A DNA stretch of 32,000 bases, taken from positions 2,760,001 through 2,792,000 of the forward strand of contig NC_017080.1 in assembly GCF_000284115.1 (NCBI RefSeq), in the 5' to 3' direction. The position numbers and the translations under genes were made by a program. A model generated the notes under the pieces. The model saw only the letters and a list, made by a program, of their open reading frames with translations. It ran no database searches and was not told where the DNA came from. This DNA comes from Phycisphaera mikurensis NBRC 102666. Lineage in GTDB: Bacteria; Planctomycetota; Phycisphaerae; Phycisphaerales; Phycisphaeraceae. How positions within the stretch are numbered: the stretch's first letter is position 1; every line of letters begins with the position of its first letter. Below, in pieces: positions 23,884 through 31,204 of the stretch.

Positions 23884-25275
23884 ATGCCTGCCGCCACCTT
23901 CCCCCCGGGCTTCCTCTTCGGCGTCGCCGCCGCCAGCTACCAGGTCGAGGGCGCCGCCGCCGAGGGCGGCCGCGGCCCCAGCATCTGGGACGCCTTCTGC
24001 GCCCAGCCGGGCAGAGTCCACCGCGGCCAGGACGGATCGGTCGCCTGCGACCAGTACCACCGGTACGAGGAGGACGCCCAGCTCATCGCCGATCTCGGCG
24101 TCTCTGCTTACCGCCTCAGCGTCTCCTGGTCGCGCGTGCTGCCCACCGGCGAGGGCGAGGTCAACGAGGAGGGCGTCGCCTACTACGACCGCCTCGTCGA
24201 CGCGTTGCTGGCGCGTGGGGTCGAGCCGTGGATCACGCTGTTCCACTGGGACCTCCCGCTGGCCCTGCAGCACCGCGGCGGCTGGGTGAACCGCGAGGTG
24301 GTCGGCTGGTTCCGCGGCTACACCCGCGTCGTCGCCGACCGGCTGAGCGACCGCGTGTCGAACTGGTTCACGCTCAACGAGCCCGCCTGCTTCGTGGGCC
24401 TGGGCCACCACACGGGCATGCACGCCCCGGGCCTGCGGCTGCCCCTCGCCGAGGTGCTGCGCGTGCAGCACCACAGCAACCTCGCGCACGGCGCCGCGGT
24501 GGACGTGCTGCGGGAGCACGCGAAGACGCCAGCCCGCGTTGGCGCCGCCCCCACCGGGAAGGCCTGCTTCCCCGCCACCGACGACCCCGCCGACGCCGGG
24601 GCCGCCGCCCGCGCCACCTTCGAGGTGGCCGAGGGCAAGGGGATGTTCTTCAACCACGCGCTCAGCGGCGACCCGATGGTCCTCGGCCGCTACCCCGCCG
24701 ACCTGCTCACGCGGTTCGGCGACCGCATGCCCGCCGGCTTCGAGGACGATCTCGCCGCGATCCAGCGCCCGCTGGATTTCTACGGGATCAACATCTACAA
24801 CGGCCAGCCCACCCGAGCCGACGCCTCCGGCCGAGCCGTCCGGCAGCCCGCGAGCGCCGGCCCGCCGACCACGAACATCGGATGGCCCATCGAGCCGGCC
24901 TGCATCTACTGGGCGGCGAAGCAGTTCCACGAGCGCTACGGCCTGCCGATGCACATCACCGAGAACGGCCTCGCGAGCATGGACTGGGTCCACGCCGACG
25001 GCGTCGTCCACGACCCCGGCCGCATCGACTACACCGCCCGGCACCTGTGGTTCCTCCGCAAAGCCGTCGGCGAGGGCGTTCCGGTGGTGGGTTACTTCCA
25101 CTGGTCGGTGATGGACAACTTCGAGTGGGCGGAGGGCTACTCGAAGCGCTTCGGCCTGATCTACGTGGACTACGAGACGCAGGAGCGGATCCCCAAGGAC
25201 AGCTACCGCTGGTACCGCGAGGTGGTCCGCAGCCGCGGCGCGAGCCTCCCCGACACGCTCGCGCCGCTGCGCTGA
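23884..25275 (+). CDS. bglB: GH1 family beta-glucosidase
   Basis: Motifs FLFGVAAASYQVEGA, TLFHWDLP, the acid/base motif FTLNEP and the nucleophile motif ITENG; length 463 aa. The symbol is generic. Confidence 0.9.
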   Translation: MPAATFPPGFLFGVAAASYQVEGAAAEGGRGPSIWDAFCAQPGRVHRGQDGSVACDQYHRYEEDAQLIADLGVSAYRLSVSWSRVLPTGEGEVNEEGVAYYDRLVDALLARGVEPWITLFHWDLPLALQHRGGWVNREVVGWFRGYTRVVADRLSDRVSNWFTLNEPACFVGLGHHTGMHAPGLRLPLAEVLRVQHHSNLAHGAAVDVLREHAKTPARVGAAPTGKACFPATDDPADAGAAARATFEVAEGKGMFFNHALSGDPMVLGRYPADLLTRFGDRMPAGFEDDLAAIQRPLDFYGINIYNGQPTRADASGRAVRQPASAGPPTTNIGWPIEPACIYWAAKQFHERYGLPMHITENGLASMDWVHADGVVHDPGRIDYTARHLWFLRKAVGEGVPVVGYFHWSVMDNFEWAEGYSKRFGLIYVDYETQERIPKDSYRWYREVVRSRGASLPDTLAPLR

Positions 25276-25428
25276 CCGCCGCGGGCGCCGACGCGGCGTC
25301 TCGCGGAGGCCGCGCCGGTGCTCGCGCGGCAAGCGAACCGGGCGGATCCCCTCCGCCGTCGCGACGCGGACCGGCAGCGGCCCCAACCACCCGCCACGCC
25401 CGGTGAGGCGCGGCGAGCCGTGCGTGGC

Positions 25429-26577
25429 TCAGTCGCCCGCGATGGCCGTCAGCTGCGCCGCTGGCGCACCCGTCTTGGCCCAATCCTTGTACTTCTTGTA
25501 CGTGGCCCCCTTGCCGTAGCGGTAAACGTTGTCCGGCTTGAAGTCGCCGAAGGCGAAGGGCTCCCAGTAGAAGAAGCCGGAGAAGTTGTCGTCCTTCACG
25601 TTCCAGGACTTCATCTTGTTGAAGTCCGCGGTCGCGGCGGCGTTCGCCTCGGGCGGGCGGCCGTACTCGACGACCATGAACCCGCGGCGGTTCACCCGCT
25701 TGTCGCCGTTGGGCCACGTGTCATCGGGGCGGCTGCCGATCCACTTCGACAGCGTCCGGGCGTTGTCGATCTCCTGGCCCCAGTTCGGGTACACGGAGAC
25801 GCCGAGGATGTCGTACTCCAGCCCCAGCTTGTTGATGGTGTTGGCGAACCACTTCATCGCGCCCAGGTCCAGCCCGTTCTCGCGGTGCGCGACGATCTTC
25901 GCGTTCGGCAGCAGCCGCTTGGAGGCCCGGGCGCCGGCGTTGAAGATGCGCTTGAAGCCCTCGAACTTCGGATCGTCGCTCTTCTGCCGGCCGGCGATGC
26001 CCCCCGTCGGCCACAGCATGCCCGATCCGAGCTCGTTGCCGATCTGCACCCACTTGATGCGCTGCTTGATCTTGTTCTTCATGGCCTCGTCGTCCCCGAG
26101 GATCGTCCGGATCGAGTTGCGGGTGTGGGTGGCGACGGCGCGAGCCACCTGCGCCCGGTCGTCCGCCCAGTAGGAGCGATTGGGCCACATGGGCCGCCAC
26201 TGCTTGCCCGGGTCGGTGAAGGTGTGGTGGTAGTGGAAGCAGAGCATCACGTCGAGGTTCTCCTCCACCGCACGCCGGACCATGGCCGCCGCATCCCAGG
26301 GATTGTTGAAGCTGAGGCCCGAGGGCCCCAGGTACGGGAGGTAGAAGATGCGGATGCGGACCGCGTTGCCGCCGAGCTCCTTCCACATGCCGAAGGCGTC
26401 GTAGTTGGTCCAGCTGTCCCACTTCTGGAGGTTGTAGCCCTCGCTCTGCATCTTCGACCAGCCGCTGACGTCCGCGCCCTTCACGCCGGCGGACGCCGGG
26501 GCGGCGGCGATGAACGCCACGACGGCGCAGGCGAGTGCGAGGGGCAGGAAGCCACGTTTCATCCGGGTGCAAACCAT
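25429..26577 (-). CDS. Secreted GH53-like arabinogalactan endo-beta-1,4-galactanase (divergent)
   Basis: Signal peptide MKRGFLPLALACAVVAFIAAAPASAG. GH53-like blocks are GADVSGW, AVRIRIF, CFHYHHTFTDPGKQ, VQIGNELGSGMLWP, GVSVYPNW, MVVEYG and GFFYWEP. Start is ATG 26577 (GAGGAA 6 nt upstream) or ATG 26562. Confidence 0.7.
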   Translation of the reverse strand: MVCTRMKRGFLPLALACAVVAFIAAAPASAGVKGADVSGWSKMQSEGYNLQKWDSWTNYDAFGMWKELGGNAVRIRIFYLPYLGPSGLSFNNPWDAAAMVRRAVEENLDVMLCFHYHHTFTDPGKQWRPMWPNRSYWADDRAQVARAVATHTRNSIRTILGDDEAMKNKIKQRIKWVQIGNELGSGMLWPTGGIAGRQKSDDPKFEGFKRIFNAGARASKRLLPNAKIVAHRENGLDLGAMKWFANTINKLGLEYDILGVSVYPNWGQEIDNARTLSKWIGSRPDDTWPNGDKRVNRRGFMVVEYGRPPEANAAATADFNKMKSWNVKDDNFSGFFYWEPFAFGDFKPDNVYRYGKGATYKKYKDWAKTGAPAAQLTAIAGD

Positions 26578-26672
26578 GAAGGTTCCTCGAGATGGTTTTG
26601 CCGGCCGACGCGGTGATCTGGAGGCGGCGAGAGCCGCTGCATCGGCCCGGCGGATTTCGGCCGAACGGCCGA

Positions 26673-26686
26673 TCTGAACGTTCAGA
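26673..26686. promoter_or_regulatory. Perfect 14-bp palindrome TCTGAACGTTCAGA ~96 nt upstream of the GH53 gene (candidate LacI/GalR-type operator)
   Basis: TCTGAAC/GTTCAGA is exactly self-complementary around a central CG. It lies in an unusually AT-richer patch of the 26578-26829 intergenic region. Its half-sites resemble TGAAAC/GTTTCA-type LacI-family boxes but are one base shorter per half. Confidence 0.3.
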
Positions 26687-26829
26687 ATAACATCTTCGGG
26701 GCCTGCTGCAGCCTCCCGGCGAAGTCGCGGGCACGAAGGAGCTTGCGCCACCCGGGCCGGCCGCCGCCGAGCGGCCGCGGACCGCCGCCCCGGCCGCCCC
26801 GCAACGCCCGCGGTCCGCGGCGGGGCTTG

Positions 26830-27588
26830 CTACCGCCCCGCGGCCCGGCGGGTGAGCTTCACGGCCCAGCGGGCGCCGTCGTTGACGGTCTGGTACGGGT
26901 ACGTGGTCGCCCACCGCCTCCACGCGGGCAGCTTCTGCTTCGCGGCGGGCTTGCCGTCGCTGGTGGAGCTGCCCAGGCTGTGGCCGGTCTGGTCGATCGG
27001 GAAGGGGCGGACGCGGGCGGCCTTCAAGCCGAACCACCACTCGCGGTCGATGTGGTGGTCCCAGGGCAGCCACTGCGGCGGGACCCGCTCCGCGAAGACG
27101 GCGGCCGCGCGGCGGTTCATGAGGTACCCGCCGGCGCCCTTGAGGCGGTCGCAGGTGAGCGCGAGGTGGTGGCGTTCGGTGAGCGGCGCGAGCTTCAGCG
27201 GCTTCGCTTCGGAGAGGCCCGAGAGCCGCAGCACGTCCCAGTGGCGGCGCTGCTCCATCGCCGCGGCGAGCACGCCGGGCAGGTCCGGCTCGGGCCGGAC
27301 GTCGTCCTCCAGGAAGAGCGCGGCCTCGCCGGTCCGGGCGGGGTCGCTGCCGTGGAAGCGGCGGATCATGCGGATCTGGCTCTGGAAGACGCCGACCTTC
27401 CCCATCGCGATCCGCCGCCCGTGGTACCGCTCGTACGCGGCCTCGTCGAACATCGGGTGCGGGAGCGTCAACGCCCGCCCGTCGACGCCGGGCACCCGCT
27501 CGGGCTCGATGCCCAGCGGGGCGAAGCGGGCGAGCAGCCGCTCCCACCGCTGGGTTTCGCCGTCGAGGTTGATCGCGTAAGCCTTCAT
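26830..27588 (-). CDS. Glycosyltransferase family 25 protein (LPS/LOS-type beta-glycosyltransferase)
   Basis: Starts at ATG 27588 (MKAYAINLDGETQRWERLLARFAPLGIEPERVPGVDGRAL), a typical GT25 N-terminus. Downstream motifs include LFLEDDV and GAGGYLMNRRAA. Confidence 0.75.
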   Translation of the reverse strand: MKAYAINLDGETQRWERLLARFAPLGIEPERVPGVDGRALTLPHPMFDEAAYERYHGRRIAMGKVGVFQSQIRMIRRFHGSDPARTGEAALFLEDDVRPEPDLPGVLAAAMEQRRHWDVLRLSGLSEAKPLKLAPLTERHHLALTCDRLKGAGGYLMNRRAAAVFAERVPPQWLPWDHHIDREWWFGLKAARVRPFPIDQTGHSLGSSTSDGKPAAKQKLPAWRRWATTYPYQTVNDGARWAVKLTRRAAGR

Positions 27589-27685
27589 CGCCGGAACGGC
27601 TGGGGATGGGCGTTGATGGGCCTCCGCCCGGCGGCGAGCTCCCGGGAGCACCCGTCGCGGGAAGGCCCGGGCCGGATGCTCCGCC

Positions 27686-29359
27686 TCAGAGCGCGACGTA
27701 CTCGACGTCGCTGGTCAGCACCGCGTCCCCCTCGGGCCCGTGGACCTCGTCCAGGAAAGCGCCGCCCATCTCGGCACGCACCTTCTGGGCGTCGTACCGC
27801 GCGGCCTTCTCCCCGTCGAGCAGGCCCAGCAGCTCCAGGGCGATGCGGCCCTCGGGGCGGGCGCCCTCGCGGGGGGCCAGCGCCGCCTCGAAGCTCTGCA
27901 TCCGGTGCCTGTGGTTCTCGAAGCTGCCTTCCTTCTCGAGCCAGGTGCAGCCGGGCAGCAGCACGTCGACTTCGTCCCGCTCGGTCAGGCCGCTGGGCAG
28001 CGTGTCGATGAGCACGGTGAACGCCTCGCTCTTCTGCAAGACGCTGCGCAGCCGCGGGGTGGCCCAGGCGCTGGGGTAGTTGCCGGTGAGCAGCACGCGG
28101 CCGACCGAGCCCGAGCCGAGCAGGTCCTCGGCGGCGGCCGCGTCGAGGACGTCGTCGGCGTCGACCAGCCGCTCCAGGGCCCGGCGGACGCCGCGGGCGT
28201 TGGGCGCCTTTTCCGCGACGACGGTGTACCCGCCCGGGAAGCTCTTGTCCTCGCCGTCGACGGGCACGGGGCCGATCGCCAGCTTCGCCGCGGGCGCGAG
28301 CTTGAGCGCGAGGCGGCCGAGCAGGTACGCCTCCTCGGAGGGCAGCATCGGGCTGATGATCGCGAGGAGGTCGCCGTCGCCCTCGCCCAGCCGCTTCCGG
28401 GTCGTCCGGTAGGCCTGCTCCCAGTCGCACGCTTCCAGCACGCCGTGCGTGCGGCGCATGGGCTTGGCGAAGCGCTCCTCGCTGTGCACGAACTTCCAGC
28501 CGTAGCGGATCTCGTCGCTGGTCCACCAGCGGTTGACGTCCATGTTGGTCCGCGGCTTGAAGCGGTAGACCTTGCCCTCGTTGGTCTCCACCGAGAGGTT
28601 GTCGCCGCTGGCGGTGATGCCGTCGATGCTCGCGGTGCGGGTGAGGTTCCACACCCGCATCGTCATGAGGAAGTCCTTGTCGAGCAGGGCGCCCACCGGG
28701 CAGATGTCGACGACGTTGCCGGCGAGCTCGTTGTCCAGGGCCCGACCGGGGAAGACGTCGATCTGCTCGGACGAGCCGCGGCCGAAGATGCCCAGTTCGT
28801 GGGTGCCGCTGACCTCGCGCGTGAACCGCACGCAGCGGCTGCACATGATGCAGCGGTCGCTGTAGAGCAGGATGTTGGGGCCGACGTCCTTCTTGGGCTG
28901 CTTGAGCTTGGCCTCGACGAAGCGGCTCTGCGAGTTGCCGTAGCGGTAGGAGTAGTCCTGCAGGCTGCACTCGCCGGCCTGGTCGCACACCGGGCAGTCC
29001 AGCGGGTGGTTGATGAGCAGCATCTCCATGACGCTCTTCTGGTTGGCCACGCTCTTGGGGCTGCGCAGGTGGACGACCGCGCCGTCGACGGCGGGCGTCT
29101 GGCAGGTGGGCACGAGCTTGGGGATGAGCTCGAGCTTGTTGTCGTTCCGCGGGTTGGGCTGGCTCACCTCGGCGAGGCAGATGCGGCAGGAGGCGACCAC
29201 CGGCAGGCCCGGGTGGTAGCAGTAGTGCGGGATCTCCACGCCGCCGTCGAGGGCGGCCTGGAGCAGCGAGGTCTTGCCCTCGAAGGTGCACTGGATTCCG
29301 TCGACGGAGATGGAGGGCAAAGGGGGGGGTTCCGGGGTGGGGCGTGCGGGCGCGGGCAA
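27686..29359 (-). CDS. nuoG: NADH-quinone oxidoreductase subunit G (short form)
   Basis: 2Fe-2S region: ISVDGIQCTFEGKTSLLQAALDGGVEIPHYCYHPGL..CRICLAEV. 4Fe-4S motifs: HPLDCPVCDQAGECSLQD, RCIMCSRCVRF and CPVGAL. A molybdopterin-like domain without the cofactor Cys follows. Start is TTG 29359 or TTG 29320 (LPSISVDG). Confidence 0.85.
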   Translation of the reverse strand: MPAPARPTPEPPPLPSISVDGIQCTFEGKTSLLQAALDGGVEIPHYCYHPGLPVVASCRICLAEVSQPNPRNDNKLELIPKLVPTCQTPAVDGAVVHLRSPKSVANQKSVMEMLLINHPLDCPVCDQAGECSLQDYSYRYGNSQSRFVEAKLKQPKKDVGPNILLYSDRCIMCSRCVRFTREVSGTHELGIFGRGSSEQIDVFPGRALDNELAGNVVDICPVGALLDKDFLMTMRVWNLTRTASIDGITASGDNLSVETNEGKVYRFKPRTNMDVNRWWTSDEIRYGWKFVHSEERFAKPMRRTHGVLEACDWEQAYRTTRKRLGEGDGDLLAIISPMLPSEEAYLLGRLALKLAPAAKLAIGPVPVDGEDKSFPGGYTVVAEKAPNARGVRRALERLVDADDVLDAAAAEDLLGSGSVGRVLLTGNYPSAWATPRLRSVLQKSEAFTVLIDTLPSGLTERDEVDVLLPGCTWLEKEGSFENHRHRMQSFEAALAPREGARPEGRIALELLGLLDGEKAARYDAQKVRAEMGGAFLDEVHGPEGDAVLTSDVEYVAL

Positions 29360-29398
29360 GAGAGTTTAGGGGGCGGGGGCGGGGTGCCCGGTCGGGGG

Positions 29399-29518
29399 CA
29401 AGCGGTGAAGCGGGGAAGCGAAGAAGCGGAGAAGTCAGAAGGAGAGGACGCTCGACCCAGCGCGGTCGACGCAGCCGCCGCGCCTGACTGACTTCCCCAC
29501 TTCTTCGCTTCCTCGCTT
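29399..29518. repeat. Imperfect inverted repeat (32-nt arms 29407-29438 / 29487-29518, 48-nt spacer) built from 8-nt GAAGCGNN units
   Basis: The left arm is GAAGCGGGGAAGCGAAGAAGCGGAGAAGTCAG. The reverse complement of the right arm is GAAGCGAGGAAGCGAAGAAGTGGGGAAGTCAG. That gives 29 of 32 matching positions by direct comparison. Confidence 0.75.
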
Positions 29519-29710
29519 CCTCGCTTCTTCGCTTCCTCGCTTCTTCGCTTCCTCGCTTCCTCGCTTCTTCGCTTCTTCGCTTCTTCGCTTCCTCGCTTCC
29601 TCGCTTCCTCGCTTCCTCGCTTCTTCGCTTCCTCGCTTCTTCGCTTCCTCGCTTCCTCGCTTCTTCGCTTCTTCGCTTCTTCGCTTCCTCGCTTCTTCGC
29701 TTCCTCGCTT
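29503..29710. repeat. 26 tandem copies of the 8-bp unit YTCGCTTC (TTCGCTTC or CTCGCTTC)
   Basis: Counted unit by unit across 29503-29710 (208 bp). The order of variants is T C C T C T C C T T T C C C C T C T C C T T T C T C. Neither strand has an ATG/GTG/TTG in the array. It lies between the mreD stop (29732) and the nuoG start. Confidence 0.9.
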
Positions 29711-29731
29711 GCCTGGCGCAGCCCCGCCCCC

Positions 29732-30271
29732 CTACTCCCTGCCCCGCTCCAGCCCCGACCACCTCCGCAACGCGAAGAGGACCAACCCCAGCGGGACCGC
29801 GGCGGCGGCGCTGAGCAGGAGGCGGCCGACGCGGTGGCGCAGCTCGCGGCTTGGGACCCAGCCCAGCGGCGGCCCGCCGGGCAGCGGGCCCAGGCCGCGG
29901 AGGGTCACCAGCGAGGTGGCGACCAGCTCGGCGAAGAAGCCGCCCAAGAGCACCATCAGCACGAGCGTCACCACCGAGCCGCGGAAGAGCGAGCCGCGGG
30001 CGAGGACCACGGCGTAGGCCCCGACGACGTAGCCCAGCGTGCGCGGTCCGGCGATGGCGGGGCCCTCGAAGGGGCTGCCGAGCAGGTCGGCGAGCAGGCC
30101 GCCGACCACCGCCAGCCGCACGGCGGGCACGGCGGGGCCCACCAGGGCGGCGTACATCACCAGCACGAGCAGCGGCTCGGGCGCCACGCCGCCGAGGCGC
30201 CACCACGGCTCCAGGCCCTCCTGCAGCAGGACGGCGGCGAGCGTCAGGATCGCGGCGGGGACGAGGCTCAA
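29732..30271 (-). CDS. mreD: Rod shape-determining protein MreD
   Basis: 179-aa polytopic hydrophobic protein immediately downstream of mreC, with a 4-nt start/stop overlap (30268-30271). This is the typical MreD size and position; sequence conservation in this family is low. Confidence 0.75.
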   Translation of the reverse strand: MSLVPAAILTLAAVLLQEGLEPWWRLGGVAPEPLLVLVMYAALVGPAVPAVRLAVVGGLLADLLGSPFEGPAIAGPRTLGYVVGAYAVVLARGSLFRGSVVTLVLMVLLGGFFAELVATSLVTLRGLGPLPGGPPLGWVPSRELRHRVGRLLLSAAAAVPLGLVLFALRRWSGLERGRE

Positions 30272-31134
30272 CGCGCCTCCCCCTCCTCCTCCTCATCGGG
30301 CACCAGCACGGTGACCCGCGGCAGGCGCAGCAGGTCGCGCACGGGGTCGACCCGGACCTCCAGCAGCAGCTGCGGGTCGGCGGGCAGCGGGCGGACCCCG
30401 GACACGCGGCCGAGCTGGAAGCCCCGGGCGGTGGACATCAGCAGGTCGTCGTCGAGCCAGACGGCGTCGCCGGCGGCGATCGGCGCGTCCAGCGGGAGCT
30501 CGCGGGTGACGAAGCCGCCGGCCGCGGCGTCGGGCACCAGCCGGGTGCGGTAGCGGCGGGCGCCGTCGGCCGAGCGGATCTCCACCGCGAGCGAGCTCGC
30601 GAAGCCGAACAGCGGGGCGACCCGGGCCGAGCCCGCGGCGACCGGCGGCACCACGCGGCCGACGACCGCGTCCTGGAAGACGACCGGCTGGTCGGGGGCG
30701 AGGCCCTCCCGCCGCCCGGCGTCGACGCTGACCTCCGGCAGCGCCCCGCCCCCCCGCTGCCCGGTCACCCGCGCCGAGACCTCATCGACACGCCGGCGGC
30801 CTTCTCGCAGGAGCCGGTCCCGCACCGGCCCCTGCTCGGCCAGCCGCTGCACGGCGTCTTCGTAGAGCCGGCGCAGACGCTGCGTCTCCACGCGCAGCGT
30901 CTCGTTCTCGCGCCGCAGCGCGAGCCCCTCCGCTTCGCCCGGCGCCGGCTCCGCCCCGCGGCGCACCGCGACGCCGAGCCGGTACAGCGGCGTCGCCGGC
31001 CACGCGATCGTGCGGACCACCGGACCGAGCACCCGCCCGGGCAGCGTCGCGACCGGCGTCGGCGCGAGCGCAAGCACCCCGGCGAGGCCCGCGATCCCGA
31101 AGCTGAGCCGGTGGTCTCTCAAAAACTGCCCCAA
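30268..31134 (-). CDS. mreC: Rod shape-determining protein MreC
   Basis: An N-terminal TM segment is followed by a coiled-coil (LRRENETLRVETQRLRRLYEDAVQRLAEQ). Beta-rich domains follow (VDAGRREGL, VVGRVV, DAVWLDDD..GFQLGRV), matching MreC organisation. Confidence 0.85.
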   Translation of the reverse strand: MGQFLRDHRLSFGIAGLAGVLALAPTPVATLPGRVLGPVVRTIAWPATPLYRLGVAVRRGAEPAPGEAEGLALRRENETLRVETQRLRRLYEDAVQRLAEQGPVRDRLLREGRRRVDEVSARVTGQRGGGALPEVSVDAGRREGLAPDQPVVFQDAVVGRVVPPVAAGSARVAPLFGFASSLAVEIRSADGARRYRTRLVPDAAAGGFVTRELPLDAPIAAGDAVWLDDDLLMSTARGFQLGRVSGVRPLPADPQLLLEVRVDPVRDLLRLPRVTVLVPDEEEEGEAR

Positions 31135-31204
31135 TCCCCAAGCCCGCCCGCGGACCGTACCGATTCGGCGGCGGGAAGCGTCGCGGTCCGCGGCTTCTGC
31201 ACGC

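Noticed and set aside
25429-27588. Locally lower GC of the GH53 and GT25 region as a sign of a horizontally acquired island
   Set aside because: Third codon positions are still G/C-dominated (aag, aac, tac, ttc). The lower GC follows from a Lys/Asn/Tyr/Trp/Phe-rich secreted-enzyme composition. There are no flanking tRNA, integrase or direct repeats.
29503-29710. A possible CRISPR array
   Set aside because: The units are 8 bp and directly abutting with no spacers, and no cas genes are present. This is a microsatellite-like tandem array, not CRISPR.
27585-30296. 903-aa minus-strand ORF containing a striking EEAKKRRSEEARKRGS repeat
   Set aside because: The peptide repeat is only the 8-bp DNA array read in 24-nt register. 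The ORF runs off-frame through nuoG and mreD. The array has no start codons, and the other two frames would give equally repetitive peptides. It is non-coding.
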